Shown piece by piece: positions 20,814 to 31,490 of a stretch of 64,000 nt of DNA. Source of the DNA: an uncultured Gemmatimonadales bacterium (GTDB lineage: Bacteria; Gemmatimonadota; Gemmatimonadetes; Gemmatimonadales; GWC2-71-9). The position numbers were made by a program, and so were the translations under genes. Positions within the stretch are counted from its first letter, which is position 1. The number at the start of each line of letters is the position of its first letter. The notes beneath the pieces are model-generated. The model made no database searches. It was not told the origin of the DNA and saw only the letters and a program-made list of their open reading frames with translations. The stretch is taken from the NCBI GenBank assembly GCA_963730185.1, contig CAVSQW010000005.1, positions 101,777 to 165,776 on the forward strand, given 5' to 3'.

Positions 20814-23800
20814 AGGCCGGGAGGTCCACGGTCATCACCGCGGCATAGGCTGCCTTGGCCCGGGCCAGGTCCTTCTCCAGGCCGGCCAGCACCGCCAGCG
20901 ACGCCTCGGTCGGGCGGAACTCGGCGCCGCCGGCCACGTCGCCCGCGCCGGTGCCCACCTCGCCCGAGAGCCACACCAGGTTCATGTACACCTGGTATTG
21001 CTCGACGTAGTACTTGTCGTCGCTCTGGAGATCGCTCTCCGAGAGCAGGCGGAGCTCCACCGCGAGCATCTTGGCGTCGAGCGCCCGGAGCGCGGCGGCG
21101 CCGGCCCCATCGGGGCGGGCCAACCGGTCTTCGACCTGGCGCCTGAGCGTCTCCAGCCGGTTCACCATCGCGACCGTGGTGTCCATGTCGTCGCGAATCC
21201 GGACCTGCGTCCGGGTCGAGGCCGCCAGGTCGGCCGCGCTGGTTCCCAGGTCGGGATCCTCGAGCACCTGGAACGGCTGGCTGGAGCTCGCGCTGTCGGC
21301 GGTGATCCGGACGGTGTAGCGCCCCGGCGACGCCAGCGGCCCCACCCGCTCCGGGCCTTCGATTCCCCAGTGGAGCACCGGCCGGAACTTCTTGTCCTTG
21401 AAGCGCGGCTCGCTCCAGATCCCGGGGTTGTTGGGTGGTGTGGTCCGGAGCTCGATCTGCTTCGGGCCGTCGTACCGGAGATCCCAGGTGTAGCGGTTCA
21501 TCCCCGCCCGGGACCGGGCCTTCGCGGTCCGGATCACGGCCCCGGCCGAGTCGAGCACCTCGACCCGGACGGAGTCCTTTGGGGTCCGGCCGAGCAGGAA
21601 GGTGAAGTCGGCGCTCCCGTCGCGGGCCATCCGGAAGCCGGCCCTGGGCGCGAGGATCTGGAGCGGGGCGCCCGCCGTGACCTGGTCCGACCGCTCCAGC
21701 GGGGTAATGTCCCGGAGCACGAACAGTCCCCGGCCGTAGGTCGACACCACCACGTCGTGCTGCGGCTTGGATACCACGATCCAGGAGACCGGCGCGGCCG
21801 GTAACCCGGCCCGGAACCGGGTCCAGGTGGTGCCGTCGTCGAGCGAATAGTAGAACCCGTTGCCGGTCCCCGCGAAGAGCATCCCCCGGCGGTTCGGATT
21901 CTCGGCGATCGACATGACGTAGGCGAGGGGGTGATCGCGGGGAAGCCCGTCGCTGATCCGGGTCCAGGTCTTTCCGTAGTCCGCCGTCTTGTAGACGTAG
22001 GGCTGGCGGTCGTCCATCAGGTGCAGGTCGATCGCGGCGTAGGCCACCGCCGGGTCGAAGCGCGACGGCGAGATCTGCCGGACGATCCCCCAGGCGGGGA
22101 GACCGGGAAGGTCCGCGGTCACGTCGACCCAGCGACCGCCGCCGTTCGGGGTGTACCAGACCTTGCCGTCGTTGGTTCCCGCCCAGATCAGGCCTCGCCG
22201 GACCGGCGACGGCGCGATCGCGAACACCACCTCGCCGTAGAACTGGCCGAGATTGTCGCCCACCACCCCGCCAGAGGAGACGATCCGGGCGGAATCGCGG
22301 GTCGAGAGGTCGGGGCTGATCACCGACCAGCTCTGGCCGGCGTTGGTCGTCTTGAAGATCACCTGACAGCCGTAGTAGACCGTGTTGGGATCGAAGGGAT
22401 CGATCGCCAGGGGCGGGGTCCAGTGGCAGCGGTACTGGAGCTGGTCGGGCGGGGAGTCGAGGGTGTGGATCCAGGGGCTCACCGAGCGAGCCCGATCGGT
22501 CCGGGCGTCGTAGCGGGTGACGGTGTTGCCGTAGCAGGACGCCCAGATCACGTCGGGGTTGTGGGGAGTCGGGAGCGTGAAGCCGGATTCGCACCCGCCC
22601 AGCGGCCCCTCCCACTCCGAAGCGGCGGCGCGGCGCCCGCCGAAGACGAAACCGGCCCGCCGCCGGGCGCCCGCCTCGTCCTGACGGGCGGTGTCGGGAG
22701 CGGCGCCGAGCCGAAAGCCGGGACCGCCGCCGCCGGCCCGGGCAAGCCCTGGCACCGCCGGGACCGGCACCGGCCGGTTGCTGGGGCCGCGCATGGTGCC
22801 GTCGTCCTGACGGTTGCTGTAGATCCAGTAGGGCACCCGGTCGTCGACGGCCACGTGGTACATCTGACCGATCGGGAGCACCACCTGGTGGAAGCTGTGA
22901 CCGTGGTCGCGGGTGATCCCGGCCCCGCCGTCGCCGGTCGCTACCCAGTGCGAGGGGTTCTCCGGATCCATCCAGATGTCGTGGCAGTCTCCGCAGCCGC
23001 CGCCGCTGACGGGGAAGGTCTCCCCGCCGTCGAACGACCGATGAAAGCTGCTGTTGGCGACCAGCACCTCGAGGTCGTTCTGGGGATTGACCTCGACCCG
23101 GATGTAGTAGCCGGCCCGCCCGATCAGGGTCCGGTCCCAGCTGACCCGCTTCCACTTGGAGCCCCCGTCGTCCGAGCGCCAGAGCGACCCCTGGTCGGCG
23201 GTCTGGATCAGGGCGTAGACCCGCTTGGAGTTGGAGGGCGCCACGGCGACGTCGATCTTGCCTAACGGCGACTTGGGGAGCCCCGGATCGGCGATCCGGG
23301 CCCAGGTCGAGCCGGTGTCGCGGGAGACGTAGAGCCCGCTCCCGGGGCCGCCGCCGAACATGGCCCAGGTGTGCATCACCACCTGCCAGGTCCCGGCGAA
23401 GAGCACCTCGGGGTGGGTGGCGTCGATCGCGAGCCCCGAGCAGCCGGTGCCGGGATCGACGAACAGGACCTGCTTCCAGGTCTTGCCGCCGTCGGTGGTC
23501 TTGAAGATGCCGCGCTCCTGCTCGGGTCCGGTCACCCGGCCCAGGGCGCAGACCAGCACGATGTCGGGGTTCTTGGGGTGGACCACGATCCGGCCGATCC
23601 GTCCGGTCTCGGGGAGCCCCATGTTCTTCCAGGTCCGGCCGCCGTCGGTCGACTTGTAGATCCCGTCGCCCATGACGTCGGCGTCGCGGATGGCCCAGGC
23701 TTCCCCGGTGCCGGCCCACACGATCCGGGGGTTCGACGGGGCTACGGCGAGGGCGCCGATCGCCTGGACCGGCTGGTCATCGAAGACCGGGGCGAAGGTG

Positions 23801-24075
23801 CGGGCGCCGTCGGTGGTCTTCCAGACGCCGCCCGAGGCCGCGCCGAAGTAGTAGGTGCTGGTGTCGCCGGGGACGCCGGCCACCGCGGAGATCCGGCCGG
23901 CGGGCTCGGGGCCGACCCACTGGAAGCGGAGCGGGGCGGCCGCAGTGGTGGGCGGACCGCCCGGGCGGCGCTGGGCCGAGACGACCAGCGGGGTGGCACC
24001 GAGGAGGCACAGGGCCCACACGAAGCCTCGGCCCGACTGCCACAGGGCGGGCGACGGCGAACCGGGACGCGACAT
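20773..24075 (-). CDS. VPS10/BNR-repeat (sortilin-like) secreted glycosyl hydrolase
   Basis: repeated Asp-box motifs (KTTDGA, KSTDGG, RSDDGG, YSLDDG); GRISAVAG; signal peptide. Confidence 0.9.
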   Translation of the reverse strand: MSRPGSPSPALWQSGRGFVWALCLLGATPLVVSAQRRPGGPPTTAAAPLRFQWVGPEPAGRISAVAGVPGDTSTYYFGAASGGVWKTTDGARTFAPVFDDQPVQAIGALAVAPSNPRIVWAGTGEAWAIRDADVMGDGIYKSTDGGRTWKNMGLPETGRIGRIVVHPKNPDIVLVCALGRVTGPEQERGIFKTTDGGKTWKQVLFVDPGTGCSGLAIDATHPEVLFAGTWQVVMHTWAMFGGGPGSGLYVSRDTGSTWARIADPGLPKSPLGKIDVAVAPSNSKRVYALIQTADQGSLWRSDDGGSKWKRVSWDRTLIGRAGYYIRVEVNPQNDLEVLVANSSFHRSFDGGETFPVSGGGCGDCHDIWMDPENPSHWVATGDGGAGITRDHGHSFHQVVLPIGQMYHVAVDDRVPYWIYSNRQDDGTMRGPSNRPVPVPAVPGLARAGGGGPGFRLGAAPDTARQDEAGARRRAGFVFGGRRAAASEWEGPLGGCESGFTLPTPHNPDVIWASCYGNTVTRYDARTDRARSVSPWIHTLDSPPDQLQYRCHWTPPLAIDPFDPNTVYYGCQVIFKTTNAGQSWSVISPDLSTRDSARIVSSGGVVGDNLGQFYGEVVFAIAPSPVRRGLIWAGTNDGKVWYTPNGGGRWVDVTADLPGLPAWGIVRQISPSRFDPAVAYAAIDLHLMDDRQPYVYKTADYGKTWTRISDGLPRDHPLAYVMSIAENPNRRGMLFAGTGNGFYYSLDDGTTWTRFRAGLPAAPVSWIVVSKPQHDVVVSTYGRGLFVLRDITPLERSDQVTAGAPLQILAPRAGFRMARDGSADFTFLLGRTPKDSVRVEVLDSAGAVIRTAKARSRAGMNRYTWDLRYDGPKQIELRTTPPNNPGIWSEPRFKDKKFRPVLHWGIEGPERVGPLASPGRYTVRITADSASSSQPFQVLEDPDLGTSAADLAASTRTQVRIRDDMDTTVAMVNRLETLRRQVEDRLARPDGAGAAALRALDAKMLAVELRLLSESDLQSDDKYYVEQYQVYMNLVWLSGEVGTGAGDVAGGAEFRPTEASLAVLAGLEKDLARAKAAYAAVMTVDLPAFNQTEAGKAAPIG

Positions 24076-24229
24076 GGGAGGGCTCCGGATGGTTGGAGGC
24101 TGGAGAGGGGAAGGTCGTGTCGGGGGCCAGGGGGCGCAAGCCGGAGGAATGGGGCGAACGGGGGCGGCAGCGGACCGGCGGCGACCGCCGGGCGGCTGCC
24201 CCGAGGATCGGTTAGGCAACCGAGGGTGG

Positions 24230-24254
24230 AATTGTGATTTTCGAAGTCACAATT
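24230..24254. promoter_or_regulatory. putative transcription-factor operator
   Basis: perfect 8-bp inverted repeat AATTGTGA-N9-TCACAATT, AT-rich, ~155 bp upstream of the VPS10 gene. Confidence 0.55.
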
Positions 24255-24290
24255 TGGGCGGGGGAGACTGGGCCGCATCCCCGGCGACCG

Positions 24291-25025
24291 TCAGCAGCGA
24301 TGGCGCCGATGATCCTGGGGCCGACAGGCGAACCCACCCAGGCGCCAGAGACCCCGCGACTCCGCTTGGGCTCGCACCTCCGCCAGCCGGAACTGCGCGA
24401 CATACCGGAGGTTCGGAGGGAACTCGAGGCCGACGGCCCATCCGCGTCGCACCATCTCCCAGTTGACCATCGCGCCGTCGAACCAGACGTAGGCGAGGAG
24501 CCGGTGATAGACATCACGTTGCTCTTGGTCCAGCTCGAGCCAAACCGAGGCGCCGGCCGGAAGGAGTGACGCGAGCGCCGCGGTCGCCGCGCCCCCGAAC
24601 GGCGGCTGGTCGTCTTCCGGGCTGTCCATCCCAATCAGGCGGACTCGGCCCCGGTTCTCGCACTCGAGCGTGTCGCCATCGACGAGGCGACTGATCGTGC
24701 ACGACTGGAGAGAGGTCGAGTCGGGCATCGGCGGCCCGGCATCGGTACCTGGCGCGCCCACCGGCCCGGCTGACAGGAGCGAACGCGGCCCCTCGGACGG
24801 CGCGATCAGACCGCAGCTCCGGCCCCCCGCGGGTCGGAAGCCCCGCTCTCGGGCGTCGGATTCCCTCAGGTACTCGCCCCGCTTGGTCTTCCCGTAGTAC
24901 TTGGTCCCGGGACAGTGATAGACGTGGGAGCTGAGGTTGACCCAGACCGACGCGGGCGACGACGCCTGCGCGGCGAGACGGGGGGCGAGCCCGGCAATGA
25001 TCAGCAGGACGAGCAGCAGGCGCAT
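24291..25025 (-). CDS. secreted thermonuclease (SNase) with N-terminal Ada-like metal-binding domain
   Basis: VDGDT, VRLIGMDSPE, DVYHRLLAYV and RGLW motifs; N-terminal YHCPG...GFRPAGGRSC. Confidence 0.88.
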   Translation of the reverse strand: MRLLLVLLIIAGLAPRLAAQASSPASVWVNLSSHVYHCPGTKYYGKTKRGEYLRESDARERGFRPAGGRSCGLIAPSEGPRSLLSAGPVGAPGTDAGPPMPDSTSLQSCTISRLVDGDTLECENRGRVRLIGMDSPEDDQPPFGGAATAALASLLPAGASVWLELDQEQRDVYHRLLAYVWFDGAMVNWEMVRRGWAVGLEFPPNLRYVAQFRLAEVRAQAESRGLWRLGGFACRPQDHRRHRC

Positions 25026-25122
25026 GGACGCGGCCTTTGAGGTTCAGGGCAACATAGCGCGGGTCCCGGCTCGAGGGGCGGGCGACCCGGTGCAGGCCCT
25101 CCGGGGTCGCCAGGGAGGGGCC

Positions 25123-25161
25123 GGAACTCCCCGCTCCAACGTTCCGTAGGGCCGGTGCGTC
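25123..25161 (+). promoter_or_regulatory. putative ECF-type promoter(s) of DUF4097 gene
   Basis: GGAAC-N17-CGTA (25123-25148) and overlapping CAAC-N17-CGTC (25137-25161). Confidence 0.45.
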
Positions 25162-25191
25162 CATTCCTGGAACCCCGAAGCGCCGAGGATC

Positions 25192-26106
25192 GTGATGAAC
25201 CGTCTGCTCGCCCTGATGGGCCTCCTGGCCCTGATCGCCGCCCCAGCCCCCGCCTTGGCTCAGGCGGTCGTGGGCCGGCACGATGCCACCTTCACCATCA
25301 GCGAGGTCGTCTCCCGGGGCGGCTGGGTCCGGATCGCCTCGTTCAACGGCCCGATCGACATCGCCCCCACCCGCGGCAATCAGGTCGAAATCAGGGCCAC
25401 CAAGACCATGCGCCGCGGGTCGGTGGAGGACATCGGCTTCGTGGTTCGGCGCGAGGACGGCGGCGTGACCGTATGCGCGGTGTACGACGACGCCGACGAG
25501 TGTGATCGCGACGGCCATTATCGGGGCCACTGGGATCGCGGGAATCGGGGGCCGCAGGGCCGGGTGGAGTTCGTGGTTCGGGTGCCGGACGGCGTCCGGA
25601 TCCGGGCCGCGACCGGCAACGGGGACCTTCGAATCGGCGGGACCAGTGAAGAGGTGGCGGCCTCGACCGGGAACGGACGGATCGATATCTCCGGCTCGAC
25701 CGGTGAAGTCACCGCCTCAACCGGCAACGGCCGGCTCACGATCGCGGACGCGCACGGCCGGGTCGAAGCGTCGAGTGGAAGCGGCGACGTCCGGGTCGTG
25801 ACCTCGGAGGGGCCGGTCTCGGCCCACACCGGCAACGGCGACATCGAGGTGTCGATGGCGCGGTTGGACGGGTCGCCGGACATGCAGTTCGCCACCGGGA
25901 ACGGCCGCGTCACACTGGAGCTGCCCGAGGGATACTCGGCCGACCTCGACGCCACCACCGGGAACGGCGATGTCACGAGCGACTTCTCGATCCGGACCCG
26001 CGGCCGCCTCGAGCACTCCCGGCTTCGGGGAACCATCGGGAACGGTGGTGGCCGGTTATCGATCAGCTCCGGGAACGGCGACGTGGAGATTCGGCGCCGG
26101 CCTTGA
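25192..26106 (+). CDS. DUF4097 beta-strand repeat protein
   Basis: signal peptide; repeated (A/S)TGNG.I/V units. Confidence 0.88.
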   Translation: MMNRLLALMGLLALIAAPAPALAQAVVGRHDATFTISEVVSRGGWVRIASFNGPIDIAPTRGNQVEIRATKTMRRGSVEDIGFVVRREDGGVTVCAVYDDADECDRDGHYRGHWDRGNRGPQGRVEFVVRVPDGVRIRAATGNGDLRIGGTSEEVAASTGNGRIDISGSTGEVTASTGNGRLTIADAHGRVEASSGSGDVRVVTSEGPVSAHTGNGDIEVSMARLDGSPDMQFATGNGRVTLELPEGYSADLDATTGNGDVTSDFSIRTRGRLEHSRLRGTIGNGGGRLSISSGNGDVEIRRRP

Positions 26107-26157
26107 GGCGCCCGAGTCCGTCCGGGCGGTCGAGGCCGCCCGGCCGGTCGGGGTCGA

Positions 26158-28170
26158 TCAGAACGGGCAGAGCTGCTGCGCCGACCCGCCCGCATTGGTG
26201 TAGACGTAGTACAGGAACCCGCCGTGGTCCACGTTGGTGCAGGTGAGGAACCCGCCGTTCCGGACGATCGCCGCGTAACCGCCGGTCTTCGCGAAGGTCG
26301 CCTCCGAGAGCGTCAGGGTGCCGTCCGCGGTGACGTGCAGCGTCGCGGTGCTGTTGTTGCCGCCGAACCAGGCCTGAGAGCCGGCGTTGCTGAAGAGCAC
26401 GTGATCCAGGCTGTTGGCCGCGGCCGCCGTGCCGATCTCGATTCCCTGCCAGTAGCCGATCAGGTCCTGACCGCCGAGGAACAGCACCTCGTTCCCGGCC
26501 GTGCCGTCGGCCGTGAGCGAGCCACCCTGATTGACCACCAGGCTCGCGTCCTGCGCGAACTGGAGCTCGACCCCGGCGTCGATCGTGAGCGGGGCCTGGA
26601 CGAACGTCCGATCGGTCACGTAGAACGGGGCGTCGAAGTCGTGCCAGGCCTGCGCGGTGGTGACGGCGTCGGTGTTCCCGAAGGTGACCCGGACCATGTC
26701 CTCGGCGTTGCCGGCGATGGTGTTGTTGGCGGAGATCGCCCCAGCCCGGGTGGGGTGGACAATCATCGCCCGGGCGTTGGCGACGAAGGTGTTCTGGTCG
26801 AAGCCGGCGATGTCGCCACCCGAGGGGACCCAGAGCCCGTAGTGGCCGCTGCCGGAGAACATCGTGTGGGTGAAGACCGCCTTGCTGTTGCCCTCGAGAT
26901 AGACCATCGACCGGGAATCGGAGGCCCCGGTCCACGCCTTGCTCCCGCCGTTCTCGAAGTGGACGTAGTCGAACTGGTTGCCGGTCGAGGCCGTCGCGAT
27001 CTTGAGCCCCTGCCAGTAGCTGGGCAGATTCTCGACGCTGGTGAAGGTGATCGGCGAGGCCGCGGTCCCGATCGCGGTCAGGGAGCCGGCGTTGTCGACG
27101 ATGATCGAGACGTCGGTCCGCAACGTCAGCACCGCGCCGGCCGCGATCGTCAGGTCGGCTTGGATGAAGGTCCGGTCCTGGATCTCGTACGGCACCTCGA
27201 GCGCCGGCCAGGTCTGGGCCGTGGTCACCGCGTCGGTGTTCCCGAAGGTGACCCGGACCACGTTGGCCGTGTTGCCAACGAACGAGGTACCCCCGCCGAT
27301 GAAGTGAACGGCATTGGGAGGGACCCAAGCCGCCACGGCATTGTCCCGGAGCGTGTTGCCGACGAAGGTCATCTCGGCATCGGCGTCGAGGGTGATGCCC
27401 TGGCCGCCGCTGTTGGCGATGGTGCTCTGCTGGATGTCGACCAACGAGCTGCCGTCGAGGAAGAGGGCCGAGGTCGACTGATTGCCTCCAGTCCAGCCGG
27501 CGGAGCCGCCGTTCTCGATGGTCACGTAGTGAAGGGCGTTGGCGGTCCCCTGGCTATCGACGAAGTGAATCCCTCGCCACCGGGCCACCGGATCGATGCT
27601 GGTGAAGGTGATCGGCGAGGCCGCGGTCCCGACGGCGTTCAGCCGGCCGCCGGTGGCGATGGTGAGGTTCCCGCTGGTCCCGAACTCGATCCGGACCCCG
27701 GCCGGCACCGTCAACGTCCCCCCGCTCACCGTCAGCGCCGTGGTCACCTGGTAACAGACGCCCTGGGTCAGGGTGGCCCCGTTCGCCACGGTGGGGGCGT
27801 CGAGGGGCACGCAGCCGGTCAGCGTCAGACTCACGGTGGCGCTCTTGGTCGGATCCGCGGCACTGGTCGCCGTGATCGTCACCGAGCCGGGGAGGAGGGC
27901 CGTGACCAGGCCGGTCTGGCTCACCGTCGCCCGGGCCAGGTCGCTGCTCGACCAGGTCACCGTCTGCGACGCGCTCGAGGGGGCGACCGCCGCGCTCAGC
28001 TGAAGGGTGGTTCCCACGGCGACCGAGTTGTTCGGCGCCGAAATCGAGACCCCGGTGACGCCGGTGTTCCCGGAGGGACCGGTGGTGGTGGCGGTCTTAC
28101 AGGCCGCGACCGACAGGCAGGCGCCCGCGATCGCGAGAGCGGACAGGGACTGGCGGACTCGACGGGCCAT
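26158..28170 (-). CDS. lipoprotein with Ig-like (Big_2) domain and repeated beta-helix modules
   Basis: VAAC lipobox; VTWSSSD..ATVS.TGLVTA; three units with GTAASPITFTS/WxGI; near-identical DNA at 27037-27071 and 27598-27632. Confidence 0.8.
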   Translation of the reverse strand: MARRVRQSLSALAIAGACLSVAACKTATTTGPSGNTGVTGVSISAPNNSVAVGTTLQLSAAVAPSSASQTVTWSSSDLARATVSQTGLVTALLPGSVTITATSAADPTKSATVSLTLTGCVPLDAPTVANGATLTQGVCYQVTTALTVSGGTLTVPAGVRIEFGTSGNLTIATGGRLNAVGTAASPITFTSIDPVARWRGIHFVDSQGTANALHYVTIENGGSAGWTGGNQSTSALFLDGSSLVDIQQSTIANSGGQGITLDADAEMTFVGNTLRDNAVAAWVPPNAVHFIGGGTSFVGNTANVVRVTFGNTDAVTTAQTWPALEVPYEIQDRTFIQADLTIAAGAVLTLRTDVSIIVDNAGSLTAIGTAASPITFTSVENLPSYWQGLKIATASTGNQFDYVHFENGGSKAWTGASDSRSMVYLEGNSKAVFTHTMFSGSGHYGLWVPSGGDIAGFDQNTFVANARAMIVHPTRAGAISANNTIAGNAEDMVRVTFGNTDAVTTAQAWHDFDAPFYVTDRTFVQAPLTIDAGVELQFAQDASLVVNQGGSLTADGTAGNEVLFLGGQDLIGYWQGIEIGTAAAANSLDHVLFSNAGSQAWFGGNNSTATLHVTADGTLTLSEATFAKTGGYAAIVRNGGFLTCTNVDHGGFLYYVYTNAGGSAQQLCPF

Positions 28171-28253
28171 GCGGAACCCCTTCGTAGGCGTGACGCGAAA
28201 CCATGGTGGGCGGCGGCCGGCCAGCTGGCCGGCCCGACCGCCCTGCTCAACGG

Positions 28254-28282
28254 AGAACGCGAAACGCCAGGGAAGTCCGCCA
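28254..28282 (-). promoter_or_regulatory. degenerate copy of ECF43-like promoter motif
   Basis: minus strand TGGC-N19-CGTTCT, 84 bp upstream of the Ig/beta-helix gene start. Confidence 0.35.
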
Positions 28283-28389
28283 GCGAGGGTTCCGTCCATC
28301 ACGAGCCACGAGCGAGGCGAGGCTGGCCTTGCGGCGCCCGGCGGGCAGACGATCTTTGGGTCTCACCACCCAACCAAGCAGAGTGCCCC

Positions 28390-29961
28390 ATGATCCGCCC
28401 CAGCCGGCCCCTGGTCTTCGCGCTGTTCGTTGGCGCGGCGCTTACCGCTCCGTCCCCGACCGTCGCCCAGCAGCGGGCCGATCCGCTCCGCGGGCTCGAC
28501 GCCTACATCGAGAAGGCGCGGACCGACTGGCACGTCGCCGGGCTCGCCGTCGCGATCGTCCGGGGCGACTCGGTGATCTACGCCAAGGGGTTCGGCGTCA
28601 AGGAAATGGGGAAGCCCGACCCGGTGGACGCCAACACCCGGTTCGCCATCGGCTCCAACTCCAAGTCGTTCACGGTCACCGCGTTGGGCATGCTCCAGGA
28701 TGAGGGGAAGCTCAACCTCGACGACAAGGTGATGCAGTACCTCCCGGACTTCGCGGTCTCCGATCCGTACGTCACCCGCGAGCTCACCATCCGCGATCTG
28801 ATCACCCACCGGAGCGGGTACTTCCGGGGTGACGCGGTCTGGATGGGGAGCGGCTACGGCCGGGATGAGATTCTCCATCGGACCTTGCAGCAGGCGCCGA
28901 GCACGAGCTTCCGGTCCAAGTTCGGCTACAACAACATCATGTTCCTCGCCGCCGGCCAGATCGTCGGCAAGGTGGCGGGCACGACCTGGGACGAGTTCGT
29001 CAAGCGGCGGATCTTCGCTCCGTTGGGCATGGCCACCGCCAACACCAGCGTCCGGGACCAGACCGGCCCCGACGTGGCCCGGCCGCACGCGATGGTCGAC
29101 GGCCGGCCGGTTCCGATCCAGTACCGGAACATCGACAACGTCGGGCCGGCCGGCTCGATCAACGCCAGCGTGCTCGACATGGCGCGGTACGTCCGGTTCC
29201 ACCTCCGCGACGGCCGCGCCGGAGGGGTGCAGCTGGTCAGCAAGGCTTTCCACGACCAGATGCAGAGCGCGCAGATGATCTCGAGCCCCGGCCGGGACAG
29301 CCTGCTCCCGATGGTCCACTTCGACACCTACGGTCTCGGCCTCTGGCTCCGGGACTACTACGGCAAGCTCCTGGTATCGCACGGCGGGGGGATCGACGGG
29401 ATGCTCTCCCAGATGGCCTGGCTTCCCGAGGCCGACGTCGGCGTGGTGGTGCTGACCAACACCGACGGCCAGAACCTCCAGAACGCGCTGCCGTTCGCGA
29501 TCCTGGACCGGTTCATCGGCGCGCCCCCGCGGGATTGGAGCGCGCTCTACCTGACCCAGGCCCAGGGGCAGCGTCGCCGGGCCGACTCGATCGGGGCGGC
29601 GCTCGCCGCCCACCGGGTCACCGGCACTAAGCCGTCGCTCACGCTGGACCACTACACCGGGGTCTACGAGAACCCGTTCTACGGAGAGCTTCGGATCGAG
29701 CAGGAGAACGGCGGCCTCGCGCTCAAGCGGAGCGCCGAGCAGTGGGCCACGCTCGGCCACTGGCACTTCGACACCTTCGGGGTCACCTGGAACACCTCCC
29801 GGACGCCGGAGATCAACAGCTTCGCACTCTTCCGGGTCGACCCGAACGGGGCGGTGACGGCGCTCGAGATGCGGGGTCCGCCGTTCGCGACGCCGTACGT
29901 GGAGGGGGCGGTGTTCACCCGGAAGGTGGAGGGGCGGACGGCGGCGGGTGCCGGCCGCTAG
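28390..29961 (+). CDS. serine hydrolase (beta-lactamase-like plus DUF3471)
   Basis: FAIGSNSK, LITHRSG, YNN and HGGGIDG motifs; paralogue of 12284-13813. Confidence 0.92.
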   Translation: MIRPSRPLVFALFVGAALTAPSPTVAQQRADPLRGLDAYIEKARTDWHVAGLAVAIVRGDSVIYAKGFGVKEMGKPDPVDANTRFAIGSNSKSFTVTALGMLQDEGKLNLDDKVMQYLPDFAVSDPYVTRELTIRDLITHRSGYFRGDAVWMGSGYGRDEILHRTLQQAPSTSFRSKFGYNNIMFLAAGQIVGKVAGTTWDEFVKRRIFAPLGMATANTSVRDQTGPDVARPHAMVDGRPVPIQYRNIDNVGPAGSINASVLDMARYVRFHLRDGRAGGVQLVSKAFHDQMQSAQMISSPGRDSLLPMVHFDTYGLGLWLRDYYGKLLVSHGGGIDGMLSQMAWLPEADVGVVVLTNTDGQNLQNALPFAILDRFIGAPPRDWSALYLTQAQGQRRRADSIGAALAAHRVTGTKPSLTLDHYTGVYENPFYGELRIEQENGGLALKRSAEQWATLGHWHFDTFGVTWNTSRTPEINSFALFRVDPNGAVTALEMRGPPFATPYVEGAVFTRKVEGRTAAGAGR

Positions 29962-30016
29962 AGAGGACGGCGAAGGCGAGGGGAGCTCATCGGTGGAGGG
30001 CACCGTTCCGGCGGGA

Positions 30017-31490
30017 TCAGCGCCGACCTTGCCCTCCGGACACGGATCGATGCGCCGGGCGGATCACTCCGACGTTGCCCTCGACCTCGATCGTCGTGCC
30101 GAAGGGCCGTGAGAGCCTGGCGAGGGTGCCGAGGATCTGGCGCGCCACGTCGGGCGGCGCCATCCGGGGGACGCCCTTGCTCGCGGCCGAGTCAGCGACC
30201 CCCAGCTCCACCGGGTAGAGCCGGATCTCGGCCACCTGGCCCCCCTCGTACCGGCTGACCGCGATCACACTCCGGTACCAGATGGGCTCGCCGTCGCCGC
30301 CGAAGTATTTCTTCCGCCACGACTCGTGGAACTCGGCGTCCACCATGGTGCTCGGATCCTTCTTGAACTGCTCGTACAGGTCTTTCGCGATCGGCTCCAA
30401 GCTGCTGACCTGGAAGAAGAAGTTGCCCAAGCTGTAGAAGATCGGGCGGCCCCGGTAGACCTCGATACCGCGGAGCTGGTGGGGTCCATGCCCGACGAAA
30501 GCGTCGGCCCCGTTGTCGATGGCGGCGTGGGCGAGCGCCGGGAGGAAATCGGGGGGCTGATCGCTCCAGTTGCCGGGCTCGTGGGCATGAATCGTCGCCA
30601 CCAGGAAGTCGGCGTTGTCCTTTCCCTGGCGGATCGCCGCCAGGATCTCCCGCACGTCCACCGAGTCGGCGTCATAGCTGAACCGGACCTGGTCCTCGAT
30701 CGCCGGGCTGGCCCGGTACGACACGCCGAACAGGCTCAGGTCGGTGGGACTCGAATCGGCCGGTGGAAGGAAGGATCCCTTGGGTTGGGCGTCGTAGATC
30801 GCGCGGAGCGAGCGGAGCATCTCGGGCGAGACCAGCACCCGGCGGCTCGTCCGGAGGGCATCGATGCCGGGGCGGCCCGGGGCCTCGCGCAGGGGATCCA
30901 TCGAGCGCGAGATCGGGGTGAAGCTCGAGGCCATCGAGACCAGGGCGACGGTGCCTTGCGGGGTTGCCAGGTAGCGGGCCGCACGGGCGGCGGCCCGGGT
31001 TTCGCCGGTGCCCGCGTGGACGATCCCGGCCTCGTCCAGCCGCCGATCCGTCTCCCGCATCCCCTCGAGACCCCAGTCGGTCGCGTGATTGTTGGCCCGG
31101 GCCACCAGGTCGAAGCCGTTCCGGGCCAGATCCCCGATCACGGCCGGGTCGCTCCGGACCCAGAGGCCGCCGTACTCGGCCTGGGGGTATCCGGTGAAGG
31201 TCCGCATGTCGATCGCGGTGGACTCGAAGTTTCCGAAGGTCACGGTGGCCCGCCGGAGCAGGTCGATCGCTTCCGCCAGCCCGCCGGTTTTGGCCGGGGC
31301 CACGGGGTGGGTCTGGATGAGATCGCCCACGGCGGCCAAGGTGAAGCCATCGGGGACGCCGAGCCGGAGGGGCCGGACGGTGTCGCGGGCGGCCATGGGG
31401 GCCCTGGGCGTCGGCCTGGACCAGTGGCAGGACGAGGGCGCCTCCCAGGAGGAGAGCCGCGAAGCGAATGGCGCGAACCGAACCGATCAT
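30017..31490 (-). CDS. CapA family metallophosphoesterase, frameshift in homopolymer 31397-31401
   Basis: AVGDLI, GNFES, ANNHATDWG, IHAHE, GHGPH and YSLGNF; signal peptide lies in the adjacent frame. Confidence 0.88.

Noticed and set aside
26660..27640. Repeated DNA blocks as DGR template/variable regions
   Set aside because: They are in-frame intragenic domain repeats, with no reverse transcriptase and no evident adenine-specific differences
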